Part shown: positions 48,100 through 63,862 of the stretch, piece by piece
How the letters are laid out: the number at the start of each line of letters is the position of its first letter
How positions within the stretch are numbered: the first letter of the stretch is position 1
Source: Eledone cirrhosa
Lineage: Eukaryota
DNA: 64,000 nucleotides
Direction: 5' to 3'
Assembly: GCA_964016885.1 (NCBI GenBank)
Contig: OZ024746.1
Location: 62,000,001-62,064,000 of the forward strand
Made by a program: the position numbers and the translations under genes
Notes under the pieces: model-generated
Databases searched by the model: none
What the model saw: only the letters and a program-made list of their open reading frames with translations
Told to the model about the DNA's origin: nothing

Positions 48100-49040
48100 A
48101 ATGTGTCTCACGGTTTTGTTATGTCTTTCATACATTTTCTCAACTTTATCAATGACTATCTCTCTGTTATCTCTAACCATACACATTCATTACTCTTCAG
48201 GTGATAACACATTTCATTCCTCAATCGCCAATCACGCGCTAGACATGCACTACTTCTAATAACAGATACATCGAAAACTTCCTGCAGTGGAACCATGACA
48301 ACCAAACTTAATCACGTACAAAACAAACAAATTGTAACCACTACACCTACAAAGAAAATATTCCCAGTATTACAACTTACCTTATCATGAACAACGTGAA
48401 GCCAAGACACATAAACTCGCTGCAATTGTTAGGCCTTATAATCTTATGGCGACCATACATAGACAAAACTGCCTCTAAAAGGCTTCTTCTACAAAGCTAA
48501 AATGTACTGCAGTTCTGAGCAATTGCTAACTCTATAAGTTGTGAATCCCCTCAGAGTACTTCTCACACATCTGGAAGGAAACGTTTGTTAAACATAGAAA
48601 CGAATGCATCTTCCTCAAAAGGTTATCAGGCGAATAGGAAAACAACAACCTTTATTTACCAACTTTGTGCAACACATCATCTACCGACATGTTGCATATT
48701 CCCTCTGGCGTTCTACGGCTTATACAACGGTTGCCGCTTCTCCGATTAATAAGTCTGCTTGTAACTCCTATACAAGCCCCTTTTATGCTTTTTATTCTCT
48801 CGTCATACCCACTGTTTCTGTCACTACGTATTAAACTTCGTCCTAAATACTTCACCGAATGCATCTTTCACACATCATCATTCTTCTGAATTTTCTTCCC
48901 TGCCCATGTTTTTCTTTCTAAATGCATCAACTTGCAGAATTTCATGTAATAACAAAACCGCATCGACCTCACCGGTCTGGGTGGGCCTGCAAAAACTCAT
49001 GGCATTGCTTATCCTCCTCGGACTAAAAGGAAAAAAGAAA
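48100..49040 (+). pseudogene. Highly degenerate CR1/L2/Jockey-type LINE 3' portion
   Basis: Remnants SSEQLLTL.K, EYFSHIW, QKVIRRIG and RHVAYSL across frameshifts, with an A-rich end. Confidence 0.55.
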
Positions 49041-49088
49041 ACACCCCAAAACATATCACTATTTGGAAATTTGGACATTCACAGATAC

Positions 49089-49190
<102 letters not shown>

Positions 49191-49330
49191 TATACATACA
49201 CATATTCACACATTCATAATATATATACACAGATACACATATTCACAGATACACATAATATATATATACACACATATTCACAGATACACATAATATATAT
49301 ATATATATACACACATATTCACAGATACAC

Positions 49331-49369
<39 letters not shown>

Positions 49370-49391
49370 ACACATATTCACAGATACACAT

Positions 49392-49487
<96 letters not shown>

Positions 49488-49887
49488 ATATATACATATT
49501 CACAGATACACATAATATATATATATATATATACACACATATTCACAGATACACATAATATATATATATACACACCTATTCACAGATACACATAACATAT
49601 ATATATATATACACACATATTCACAAATACACATAATATATTTATATACACACATTCACAAATACACATAATATATATATATTCACACATATTCACAAAT
49701 ACACATAATATATATATATATACACACACATTCACAGATACACATAATATATATATATATATACACACATTCACAGATACACAATATATATATATATATA
49801 CACACATTCACAGATACACAATATATATATATACACATAACACATATATATATATACACATATTTACAGATACACATAATACATATA

Positions 49888-50783
49888 CGAGATGTGTCAG
49901 AAAAGTTCCAGGACTGATGTCACAAAAGATTTATTTCAAACCCAAACTTCACACTAAGAGTTTTCTCCTTCAAAGTAATCCCCCTGGAGTCTAATGCACT
50001 TTTCCATCCTTTTCTGCCACGCTTGCATGCACTCCTAGAAGGATTCTTCCGGTATCCTCCGCAGTTCCGTCGTCACGGCCTTTTTGATGTCGTCCACGTC
50101 TTCAAAACGGGTCCCCTCTGGGTCGTACTCGAAGATCCATGACTCATCACCGGTGATGACTGTCCCTAGCAAGTCTGGTTCGGTTTCAAGACGCTCGAGG
50201 ATGTCCTGGCACACTTGCATGCGTCGACCCTTCTGGACATCATTCAGCAGTTTTGGCACCATCTTCGCGCAGACTTTCCGCATGTCCAAATGTTCAGTGA
50301 GAATCTTCCAGACGCTGTCCCGATTCATGCCCAGCTCATTTGCCATCAGTCGAACAGTCAGCCGACGATAGCTACGCACCATCTGCCTGACGCGCTCAAC
50401 GTTGACCTCAGTCCTGGTTGTTGAGGGCCTTCCGCTCCTGAGGTCATCTTCCACGTCCCCGCGTCCTTCTTTAAACCTCTTGCACCACTCAAAAACACAC
50501 GAGCGTGACATCGTCTCATCTCCATACACTTGTTGCAGCAATCCCAGTGCTTCTGACGGAGTTTTCATGTTTGTTCGTTGCTCTGTGCTCATTGCTTGAC
50601 GGCCTGAAATAGAGGACATGTATATAAAATTATGAAGAAAAAATGTTGATCGCTGCAGAGAGCTAAGATTACAGTTACATGCTCCAGGGGGATTACTTTG
50701 AAGGAGAAAACTCTTAGTGTGAAGTTTGGGTTTGAAATAAATCTTTTGTGACATCAGTCCTGGAACTTTTCTGACACACTTCG
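49888..50783 (-). mobile_element. Non-autonomous mariner (896 bp) with 102-bp TIRs and TA target duplication
   Basis: 49888-49989 is the reverse complement of 50682-50783, with 2 mismatches near the tips. TA flanks both sides. The element sits inside an ACACATATTCACAGAT-type minisatellite. Confidence 0.93.
49954..50592 (-). pseudogene. Internally deleted mariner transposase
   Basis: Reads MSTEQRTNMKTPSEAL...VFEWCKRFKEGRGDVEDDLRSGRPST...KVCAKMVPKLL...ITGDESWIFEYDPE|GTRFEDVDDIK...EESF*ECMQAWQKRMEKCIRLQGDYFEGENS*. The HDNA and YSPDLAP segments are absent and there is one internal stop. Confidence 0.92.
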
Positions 50784-51146
50784 TATATACACACATATTC
50801 ACTAATACACGAAATATACAAATATTCATAGATACACATAATATACACATATATTCATAGATACACAATATGCACATATTCATAGATTCACACAATATAC
50901 ACCACAATATACATACATATTCATAGATGTACACAATACATATTCACATATACACAACACATGATCTACATACAACCATTCCACATAAAAGAAAGAGCGA
51001 AATTGAACAAAATATTTTTAGCAGTTCAACCAAGTCCGAGGTACCAACTCAAACATTCAATTAATTAACTTAATTAATTAATTAATTAATTAATTAATTA
51101 TAACAATAATTTATAATATATATGTAAGTATGCATACGTACACACA

Positions 51147-51201
<55 letters not shown>

Positions 51202-51408
51202 GGGGGGGGGCGTGTGTGTGTACGTATACATTTATGTATCAGCTGTGCTAGGGCGAGAAATTAAATTCTAATTTTATTTTTATAATATATATATATATAT
51301 ATTAAAATTAAGTGAGAATAAACTCTAATTATGGGAGTACATACAAAATAGACAAAAAAGTATTCTATCTAAACTCACTTATATTATTAGAGACTAATTA
51401 ACCCTTAA

Positions 51409-51500
<92 letters not shown>

Positions 51501-51704
51501 TTAAATAAGTTAAATAAATGAAACAGCTGAAGAGATGAAGATTGGAGTGTACATTGGACAAACAAGCAAACAGCACATCTGAAATATAAGATAAGAATCA
51601 TAGACTGTTTCATCACTGGATCCATACTGCTTTTTGGACATGGTTGACTGCATATTTTACACACAGACATATACACTCACACACTCACACACATACATGT
51701 AAAT

Positions 51705-51795
<91 letters not shown>

Positions 51796-52078
51796 TATAT
51801 ATATTTCACGTACATTCATCACACACAACACAATCGTTTACTAACTAGTGTTTCACACGAACTAATTATACCTCGTGACTTCTATTTTAAAATGTTTGTA
51901 AATAATTATAATTAATTTTTATGTTTTGTTTACTTTTATCTTTATTATTTATTCCTCCCTTCAATTAAACTATTATAACATCAATTTCACTCTGGTCTTT
52001 GTTTCTATCGTCTTCATTATATGTGATATTTTTGTTGTTTTCGTTATCCTTGTTTAACCTCCCCAGGTCATCAATAGT

Positions 52079-52500
<422 letters not shown>

Positions 52501-52502
52501 TA

Positions 52503-52590
<88 letters not shown>

Positions 52591-53082
52591 TAAATTATCG
52601 AGAATCGTATTTCGGCCTATGAAATAACGAAAAACAACCTCCGAGATGTGTGGCAAGTGCTCAATGATTCAGATGAACCAGAGCTACAACATACGTTAAA
52701 GGCCAAACACACTGAGACGATGGTTAAACGATCATCCGCACAACCAAAAAAAAGACCAAGTAATTCGGGTCAAACAAATAAAAATATATGTGATTGAAAA
52801 TTTGTGCAGAGGTTATATTTAATTTGTTGGGATACAACAAGCTTAAAAATATTTTTATTACTGATATAAAGCACTCAACAAATGATTGGAGTAAATATAC
52901 AATATATTAAATGGAAACTATATTTATAAAACTATATTTATTTTATTATACATATTTCAAGGGCCACCAAGGGAAATTATGGTGCGCTTTCATCAGATAA
53001 AATACAATACAGATTAGTTTTATAAATAAATATTGACATACCCTGAAAAAAGACAACCTTAACGGTTGGAGCTTCCTGGATA

Positions 53083-53161
<79 letters not shown>

Positions 53162-53247
53162 TGTGTGTGTGTGTGTACGTATGCATACTTACATTTATGT
53201 ATCAGCTGTGCTAAGGCGAGAAATACAATTCTAATTTTATTTTCATA

Positions 53248-53279
<32 letters not shown>

Positions 53280-53424
53280 TATATATTATATGTATATATT
53301 AAAATTAAGTGAGAATAAACTCTATACACTATGATCAAGGATGTTCCAGCCGTGATCATCCCATCTTTGTCCCAGATATATGATAAGAGGTCCTCCGAAG
53401 GTTTGTTTCTATGACTAGCATGTA

Positions 53425-53581
53425 CCGTATTTCCCGGCTACTTTTTCCTGAAATAAGTCTCAAAAATATACCATGCGTCTTGGAGGCCGAAGGCTGTTTA
53501 TTATCTTTTTTTCAAATTTTAGGTTGTCAAAATTAGGGTGCGTCCTCGAGGACGAAGCGACTTCGGCGCCGGGAAATACGG
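53425..53581. mobile_element. pogo/Tc2-type MITE
   Basis: TIR CCGTATTTCCCGGC ... GCCGGGAAATACGG, with TA on both sides. Confidence 0.8.
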
Positions 53582-53602
53582 TAAATATTTGATTAACTGG
53601 AC

Positions 53603-53952
53603 TAGGAGAGTCGGCTGAAAACTTCATAGGTTGATCAATATACTCTCATGGAATGACCAAATGAAGTTTATTTTTTAACATAGACCCTAGAAAAAAAACA
53701 ATGCAGTTATTTAATAAGAAGAGTTGAAATTAATGCAAGCAAGATTTTACAGCTCTAGCATCTCTCTTTCATATGCTAATCCAGATACTCTCATGGAATG
53801 ACCAAATGAAGTTTATCTTTTAACATAGTCCTTAAAAAAAAAAAACAATGCAGCTATTGATTAGAAGATTTGAAATTAATGCATGCAAGATTTCACAGCT
53901 CTAGCATTAATCCTTCATAATCAGCCTATGAAGCTTTCATCCTATCCTCGTA
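53603..53952. mobile_element. Degenerate mariner-derived MITE with an internal direct duplication
   Basis: Ends gagagtcggctgaaaacttcataggttga and tcagcctatgaagctttcatcctatcctcgta are imperfect inverted repeats. ATACTCTCATGGAATGACCAAATGAAG occurs twice internally. Confidence 0.6.
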
Positions 53953-54422
53953 CTTATTCCAATCAATGTAACATTGAATATGACAAGGCCCGATCTTTTA
54001 TTTACATGTACAATCCATCAGACAGGCTTCCACACAGTTTCTGTCTACCCAGTTTTACTCCCAGTGCTTGTTAAAGACATACTGAATATGTTATGAGGTA
54101 GCAACAATTCCTGGACCTCATATTTGCCAAGAGAGTTTCCTAACCAGTTAGCCATGCCTGTCAATGTTTTCACTCTATTTTTTTATTATATTATTTAATA
54201 TATTAGAGCTGTGCATTGGCAGTGTCGGTAGAGCGTCGGACAACATGCTTTGTGTCATATAAAATAAAGTACCAGTAATGCACTGGGGTCGATTTAATCG
54301 ACTTGCACCTTCCCTTAAAATTGTTGGCAGTTATACCAAAAGTAGAAACAATTATTCAATATGTTCCTCCTTCTCTTTGTTTTCGGATTCATATGTTTAT
54401 TGGCAAAGACCTGACCTAGGGC

Positions 54423-54472
<50 letters not shown>

Positions 54473-54567
54473 AATAACAACATTAGTGAGTAATTACAGG
54501 GAACATAAATTTCAATACGCATCAGTTAGAAAAAATATTTTAAAGCTACATTACGGTATATTGAAAC

Positions 54568-54674
<107 letters not shown>

Positions 54675-54971
54675 CAGCAACAACAACAACAACAACAAAT
54701 ACCAACAGCAACAATAAAACAAAATACAATCATATGACATCTAAATTTTCAAATAGTAGGAATGCAATTGTTCCACCACACCATCTCCCCCTAATTTAAT
54801 TTAGTGTATCATATTTTTTTATTTCTTCTTCCAGATCCATAATAGCGATAATTGATATTTTCTTTGGAGTTTCCAATTCTGTAGATTAAGCATAAATCTC
54901 TCTGGAATATACTTATATTTTTTAAAGAATGGGGAAGAGGTATTTCAGATATTTTACCTATAATTTCATAT

Positions 54972-55006
<35 letters not shown>

Positions 55007-55063
55007 TTTTATCAAATGATTCTATGGACATACTTTATTGTATATATATATATATATATATAT

Positions 55064-55255
55064 AGGGAAATGTTTAACCCCGACGGCAGAGCTCAAGCCG
55101 TTTCGACAGCTATTTCTGGACAGAAATAGCCATCGAAACGGTTTGAGCTCTGTCGTTGGGGTTAAACGTTTTGCTATTATCCACTCTACTACCCTAAGTA
55201 TTGAGTACTCTTGTGCGTAATGGTCCGTCTGGTTTCTTACCACACCTCCTTCGTT
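55064..55255. mobile_element. Family A inverted-repeat element
   Basis: Same architecture, tail on the right. Confidence 0.68.
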
Positions 55256-55322
55256 ATATATATATATATATGAAAATGTTTAACCCCGATATATATATGT
55301 ATATATATATGTATATATATAT

Positions 55323-55353
<31 letters not shown>

Positions 55354-55587
55354 CATTTTTTTTTTTTGAAGTATTCCAATGATACCGCTTGTGTTGTTTG
55401 CACAAATATAATATCAATTTACAGAACGATTATATTTCATTTTAGTATGTAATTATTGTTTTACATAGTTATTTTTAGATTATTATTATTATTATTATTA
55501 TTATCATTGTTGTTGTTGTTGTTGTTGTTGTGGTTGTTACTATTATCATTGTTGTTGTTGTTGTTGTTATTATTATTATTATTATTA

Positions 55588-55652
<65 letters not shown>

Positions 55653-55807
55653 TTTATTATCATTATTTCGTGGTTGCAAAAGCAGAAACCTATGTTAAAT
55701 CCATGCAAACTAAATCAGTCGAACGTAACAACATGCGATATAATATCTATCAAGCAATTTATCAATCTATCGATCGATCCGACAATGAATGTTCACAAGC
55801 ATATGTA

Positions 55808-55877
<70 letters not shown>

Positions 55878-56113
55878 CGGGTAAATATTCTATTCTTTTG
55901 TTTGACCCGTTTGGCTTGCCTCGTATTTTTGGCTTAGGCGGTTGATGGCTTCTTGACCGCCATCTCAGTTTGTTTGGCCTTTATAACCTATGTTTATTGC
56001 TCTGGTCTTTATTTGGTCCATGGAACGCTTGCCAGCATAATTCGGATATTGCGTTTCGCTCTGTTTTCGACCACAGCCGAAATTCGATCTCGCTGATATT
56101 ATATTTATATATA

Positions 56114-56302
56114 GGCGGTGGATTGGCAGTATCGGTAGAGGGTCGGACGCCATGCTTTACAGCATAGTTACGTCCCTTTACGATCTGAGTTCAAATCCCG
56201 CCGAGGTTAACTTTGCCTTTCATCCTTACGGGGTCGATAAAATAAAGTACCAGTAATGTACTGGGTAATTTCTGGCCTTGTGCCTAAAGTAGAAACAATT
56301 AT
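56114..56302 (+). mobile_element. Full-length SINE-1
   Basis: GGCGGTGGATTGGCAGTATCGG...GAGTTCAAATCCCG...AGAAACAATTAT. Confidence 0.88.
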
Positions 56303-56304
56303 AT

Positions 56305-56337
<33 letters not shown>

Positions 56338-56363
56338 TATATGTGGGTATGTATATATGTATG

Positions 56364-56432
<69 letters not shown>

Positions 56433-56583
56433 GCAAACATCACGAGCGCATTAGAAATGCGCAACCGGTAAAAACTTAAAACTAAAACTGAATACTAACC
56501 AATACTTATTACTAATTTATACTTATTCCTAATGAAACTATTTTTCACTGGGAAAAATTTGTCACCATTTTCTTTTCCTTTTA

Positions 56584-56625
<42 letters not shown>

Positions 56626-56679
56626 TATATGTGTGTATGTATATATATATGTGTGTATTTATACATATATGTGTGTGTG

Positions 56680-56738
<59 letters not shown>

Positions 56739-56818
56739 ATTTGTATGTATGTGCACATAAATATATATATATATTTATATGCCTGTACTTATAAACACAC
56801 ACACACACACACACACAG

Positions 56819-56862
<44 letters not shown>

Positions 56863-57096
56863 CTATGTGTGTGTGTGTGTGTATTCATATATACGCCGAG
56901 TAGTAATATCTGTATGTTCATGTCTTTCTATTTATCTACATCTATATCAGTTATCCGTTTATCTCTCTATTTATTCATTCCTAATAACCCCCCCCCCCCC
57001 CCTCCCATATATACATTCGCAATTACACTCTTTCTGTCTTAAGTATGTATGTATGTATGTATGTATGTATGTATGTATGTAGGTAGGTATCTACGA

Positions 57097-57147
<51 letters not shown>

Positions 57148-57179
57148 AGTATAGCACCAAGAAAAATATAGACATCGGC

Positions 57180-57212
<33 letters not shown>

Positions 57213-57241
57213 CATACATATATATATGTATATATATATAC

Positions 57242-57312
<71 letters not shown>

Positions 57313-57346
57313 CATATGTATATATATACATACATATATATATATG

Positions 57347-57488
<142 letters not shown>

Positions 57489-58800
57489 CGGAGAAAGCTA
57501 AAAGCGATACTCCGGCCAAATCCCAACTCACACATTAGGAAATAAGTGAGTATATTCCTAATTAAACGTTCGGGGTGCTAACTAATTGTATTGCGTGGAA
57601 AATTGGCTGTATTATTTCATATGAGACATATCGAATATATCTATATATATATATATGTATATATGTATATATAGGAGGTGAGTTTTATTGTAGTACAATA
57701 AAGCAATGCAGATATCGGATAAGAAGCACTCTACAATTTGTAGGACTAGAGTATACATAATATAATATAATATAATATATAAGAACAAAAGATAGTTAAC
57801 CATCTTTTTGTTCTTATATATTATATATGTATGTATATATATATATATATGTATATGTATGTATATATATATGTAAATGAATGTATGTATGAATATTTGC
57901 ATTTATATGTATATATGTCTGTATATATGTGAACATGGTGTCTATTAAGTCAGAAGTGACAACTAATAGTGTTGCATAAACACTATACAACTTTAAGGGA
58001 TTGTCATTCGGTGGAAGTGCGCAAAATACCAATGATACAGAATAGGTCGATATATTACATCGAAAACACAATCAGATTCTAGCATCTACCCACCTTGGTT
58101 ATCAAGGCCAGATTACAACAACAACAAAAAGATGATGAGTGGATGGTAAAATTGACATTGGGTTTCGTCCTCTTATATTCTCAATTCAAATCCCTAAATT
58201 TTGACTAAACCCATTATTGATTTTCACCGTTCCAATGTTGAAAAAATAATTACCGGGGCCGATGTAATCAGCCATATCCTAGAAGGTGGCGCCCCCTGCA
58301 TGACCACAGCCAGTGTTAAGCTAAAGAAATACATAATTGTGAAAATCAGCTGTCCGGTTGATGTGAATATCACATCTAAACTCAATAGAAAGGAAAAAAC
58401 ATTTAGGGAAAGTTGTTTTAGAAATTACAGCTTACATATTATTAGAATAGTTTCCTATTCTAATAATTATTGTTACACTTCATTACATCACCGAATGGCA
58501 AGCTGAGATTCTCGGGCGTGGAAAATACAATAAAAGCGACATTTTATAGCAAATTATGCAAATTATGCACATCTTTAAGCGGGCCAATATAAATAGGTAA
58601 CTATTTTGTGTGGTTCGGCATATGACTTTAGCCTATTGTTTTTTTTTATAAACTTAATCAAGGGACCTTGTTTCCTACCTAGAGGGCGGCTCTTTATTGG
58701 CAAACATTAAGGAATAAAGAAGACATGCGTACACACGCCCACACGCATACACACACACCTACACAGACACACATGCATACACATACACACACACACATAC

Positions 58801-58834
<34 letters not shown>

Positions 58835-58853
58835 TAAATATATACATACATAT

Positions 58854-58889
<36 letters not shown>

Positions 58890-58898
58890 AATATTTAC

Positions 58899-58983
<85 letters not shown>

Positions 58984-59479
58984 AGTGACTGTTATATGTT
59001 CGTTTCAATTCCTTCATTATCTCGCCATCTAAAGGGAGATCTGTGTTGCCACTAATGGCGGCTGACAAGATTGGAACACGTGTCAACTAAGTAAAACGCC
59101 TCACAAATTTGAAGAGCTCACGTGAACTCTCCTGACTTTACAAAACAAATTTATCTCACGGTCGTTCATGTGAAATAACTATTGTATTCTTTGGACTATT
59201 AAACACATGCGTTGATAGTGGGGGAGACGTGACAGCAGTGGTGGTGGTGGTGGTGGTGGTAGTGAGGTGGTGAATAGTGAGGTGGTGGTGGTGTTGGTGG
59301 TGTTGGTGGTGTTGGTGGTCGTGGAGGTGGTATTGGTGGTGGTGAGGTGATGGTAGTGGTGTTGATGGTGCTGGCAGTGGTGGTGGTGGTAGTGGTGGTG
59401 GTGGTAGTGGTGGTGAGGTGATGATAGTGGTGGTGGTGGTGGTGCTGCTGCTGCTGCTGGTAAGGTGGTGGTAGTTCTG

Positions 59480-60366
59480 TTGGTCATGTGATGGTAGTGG
59501 TGGTGGTAAAGATGGCGGTAACTGTGGTGAAGACGGTGTTGGCGAGATGGTGGTGGTGGTGGTGGTAAAGATGGCGGTAACTGTGGTGAAGACGGTGTTG
59601 GTCATGTGATGGTAGTGGTGGTGGTAAAGATGGCGGTAACTGTGGTAAAGACGGTGTTGGCGAGATGGTGGCAGTGGTGGTGGTAAAGATGGCGGTAACT
59701 GTGGTGAAGACGGTGTTGGTCATGTGATGGTAGTGGTGGTGGTAAAGATGGCGGTAACTGTGGTGAAGACGGTGTTGGTCATGTGATGGCAGTGGTGGTG
59801 GTAAAGATGGCGGTAACTGTGGTGAAGACGGTGTTGGTCATGTGATGGTAGTGGTTGTGGTAAAGATGGCGGTAACTGTGGTGAAGACGGTGTTGGTCAT
59901 GTGATGGTAGTGGTGGTGGTAAAGATGGCGGTAACTGTGGTGAAGACGGTGTTGGCGAGATGGTGGTGGTGGTGGTGGTAAAGATGGCGGTAACTGTGGT
60001 GAAGACGGTGTTGGTCATGTGATGGTAGTGGTGGTGGTAAAGATGGCGGTAACTGTGGTGAAGACGGTGTTGGCGAGATGGTGGTGGTGGCGGTGGTAAA
60101 GATGGCGGTAACTGTGGTGAAGACGGTGTTGGTCATGTGATGGTAGTGGTGGTGGTAAAGATGGTCGTAAATGTGGTGAAGACGGTGTTGGCGAGAAGGT
60201 GGTGGTGGTGGTGGTAAAGATGGCGGTAACTGTGGTGAAGACGGTGTTGGCGAGATGGTGGTAGTGGTGGTGGTAAAGATGGCGGTAACTGTGGTGAAGA
60301 CGGTGTTGGCGAGATGGTGGTAGTGGTGGTGGTAAAGATGGCGGTAACTGTGGTGAAGACGGTGTT
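59480..60366. repeat. 59-bp minisatellite (about 15 units, two variants)
   Basis: GTCATGTGATGG or GCGAGATGG...TAAAGATGGCGGTAACTGTGGTGAAGACGGTGTTG repeated. Confidence 0.93.
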
Positions 60367-60896
60367 GTGTTTAGTGAAAAACAGCATAATTAAGGATTTA
60401 CTAATATTACCGTGTACCGTTTCCACACGCCAGATCACTGGCAATATAACTCGTTGTTGTTGTTGTTGTTGTTGTTGTTATGTTAATTAGATGGTAATGG
60501 AAACTTAATCCACGCGACCCATTAACTATATTACCATTTTCCGAGTCGGTGGGAGTGTCTCGGGTTAGCAACACAATCACAACGATAACAACAATAACAA
60601 CAACAACAACAGCAACAGCAACAACAACAGCAACAACAACAGCAACAACAGCAATATCAACAACAACAACAATAATAACAACAGCAAAAACATCAACTGT
60701 AAAATCAATACCTACAACACAACATCGATAACAAAGATAACAACGACAACAGCAACAGCAACAGCAACAGCAACAACAGCAACAGCAACAACAACAACAG
60801 CAGCAACAGCAACAGCAACAACAACAACAGCAACAGCAACAATAGCAACAGCAACAACAACAACAGCAACAGCAACAACAACAACAATATGAAAAA

Positions 60897-61397
60897 TAAT
60901 TGTTTCTACTTTTCGCACAAGGTCAGCAATTACCTGAGTGTATTACTGGTACTTTATTTTATCGACCCCGTAAGGATGAAAGGCAAAGTTAACCTCGGCG
61001 GATTTGAACTCAGAACGTAAAGGGTCATAACTCTATGCTGCAAAGCATGGTATCTGACGCGTTACCAATACTGCTAAACCACAATAATAACAACAGTAAA
61101 GACATCAACTGCAAAATCAATACCTACAATACAACATTAATAACAAAGATAACAACAACAACAACAACAACAGCAATAATAACAGTTTCTTATATAGTCA
61201 CAAGGCCAGCAATTTTGGGGGAGGGGAAAGTCGATTGAATCGACCCCAGTGCGTGGCTGGTACTTTATTTATCGACCCCGTAAGGATGAAAGGCAAAGTT
61301 AACCTCGGCGGGATTTGAACTCAGATTATAAGGGACCGTAACTATGCTGCAAAGCATGGCGTCCGACCCTCTATCGATACTTCCAATCCACCACCCT
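60897..61397 (-). mobile_element. Two SINE-1 copies
   Basis: 60897-61082 and 61183-61397. Confidence 0.85.
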
Positions 61398-62204
61398 CAA
61401 CAACAGCAACATCAACAACAACAGCAATAATAACAACAACAAAAACATCAACTGTAAAAATAAACACCTACAACACAACATCAATAACAAAAAATAACAC
61501 GACAACCAGAAAATGAGTACACAATACTCCTAAATATTTCCTCATATAAAGAAAAATGATATTTAAAATATATAATTGCTATATCTATTTATACGTCTTC
61601 AACAATTATTTAATTTCTATAGGTTATTATTATTATTTTGCAGTATCGGTAGAGTGTCGGACAACATGATTTGTGGCAGGTAGAATCAACGAGAAATAAA
61701 CAATTTAATCTAATAAGAAATCTTTATGTTTTGATAATCCAAAACGGGGAAAGCGAGCTTTGCTAAACAACATCAATTTTTGTACATGTGATAAAGATCA
61801 TATAATATATATATATATATATAGATAATATATATATATATATATATATCAAGTGCGTTTTGCAAACCCTTTTCGATTATCATTTCCTTCTGTGTGTGTG
61901 TGTGTGTGTATGTGTGTGTGGTGTGCGCGTGTGTGTGTGTATGTATGCTTGTGTGTGTTTGTACCTCTTCTGTTCTCCCTAACAATATCTTTCTCTCTTT
62001 CTCTTTCTCTTTCTCTCTCCCTCTCTCTCTCGCTCTACCCCCCACGCCCCTCTCTCCCCCTCTCTCTCTATCTCTCTCTCTCTCTATCTATCTGTTCGTC
62101 TCTCCCTCTTCGCATGACCAGTGGACGCGACTGCACTCACCCGATTTAAGGGTTTGAATGGCATTGTCCTGATTTAAAAAATGTATAATCATTAATAACC
62201 AAAC

Positions 62205-62238
<34 letters not shown>

Positions 62239-62239
<1 letters not shown>

Positions 62240-62430
62240 GGAGTAAGTAAGACCCCGACGGCTGAGCTCAAGCCGTTTCGACGGCTAATTCTGTACCGAA
62301 TTAGCCGTCGAAACGGCTTGAGCTCAGCCGTCGGGGTCTTACTTACTCCTATTACCCACTCTACTACCCTAAGTATTGAGTACTTTGGTGCGTTATGGTC
62401 CACCTGGTTCCTTACCACTTTTCCTTCGCT
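62239..62430. mobile_element. Family A inverted-repeat element
   Basis: Near-perfect arms centred near 62295, tail on the right, (TA)n flanks. Confidence 0.7.
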
Positions 62431-62437
62431 ATATATA

Positions 62438-62491
<54 letters not shown>

Positions 62492-62511
62492 ATATATACA
62501 CACACACAGAT

Positions 62512-62610
<99 letters not shown>

Positions 62611-62618
62611 ACACACAC

Positions 62619-62650
<32 letters not shown>

Positions 62651-62698
62651 ATATATATATATGAATATATATATACACACACACAGACACACACACAC

Positions 62699-62802
<104 letters not shown>

Positions 62803-63332
62803 AATGATAAATATCCATAAAAATACAAGAATATGGTTGGCTGGGAGTATTTGCTACTATTTGCATCCGGGTGTTGAGATTCTATCATTTTAAATGTTCC
62901 CAAAGGAGATGATCCCAAGCAATTGCCCGATTCTTATAATGGGACAAAGAGCCCCGTCCCTCCGCCCATTCACACCATTTCCCACTCAGTGGTGTTCGAA
63001 AGAGGTGGGACAAACGGTCTGTCAGTCACAAAGATGGAGGGTGTAGCAACGATTGATAAGCATCTTATTTCTATAGTTAGTAGACATTGATCGATAACAT
63101 TTATCAGATTGAACTATATATAATATATTTTTTTTTATACATATACACACACGTACATACGTGCATATATACATATATATATATATATACACACACACAC
63201 GTATATACATGAATGTATACATATATACATACATACATACATACACACATATACACGTACACACACACACATATATGTACGAGGGACGTAAACACAGATA
63301 TACATATACATAAAATTATAAATGGTATATAT

Positions 63333-63475
<143 letters not shown>

Positions 63476-63658
63476 TACATATATATACATATATATATAT
63501 TATACATATATAATATATACAATATATATATATATGCATCTGTATCCCGGGTTCAATCAGGGTTAATCACAGTAAGGCGACTCAATATATAAGCAGAGTG
63601 AGAACGACGAATGAAACAGGTCTAGTCCTGTAGAAGCCTTTTCTATATTAAATCTTCG

Positions 63659-63708
<50 letters not shown>

Positions 63709-63831
63709 CGAAGATTTAATATAGAAAAGGCTTCTTACAGGACTAGACCTGTTTCATTCGTCGTTCTCACTCTGCTTATATATTGAGTCGCCTTACTGTG
63801 ATTAACCCTGATTGAACCCGGGATACACATG

Positions 63832-63862
<31 letters not shown>

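Noticed and set aside
56114-56205. SINE heads as tRNA genes
   Set aside because: A and B boxes are present, but there is no proper cloverleaf and each head continues into a SINE body.
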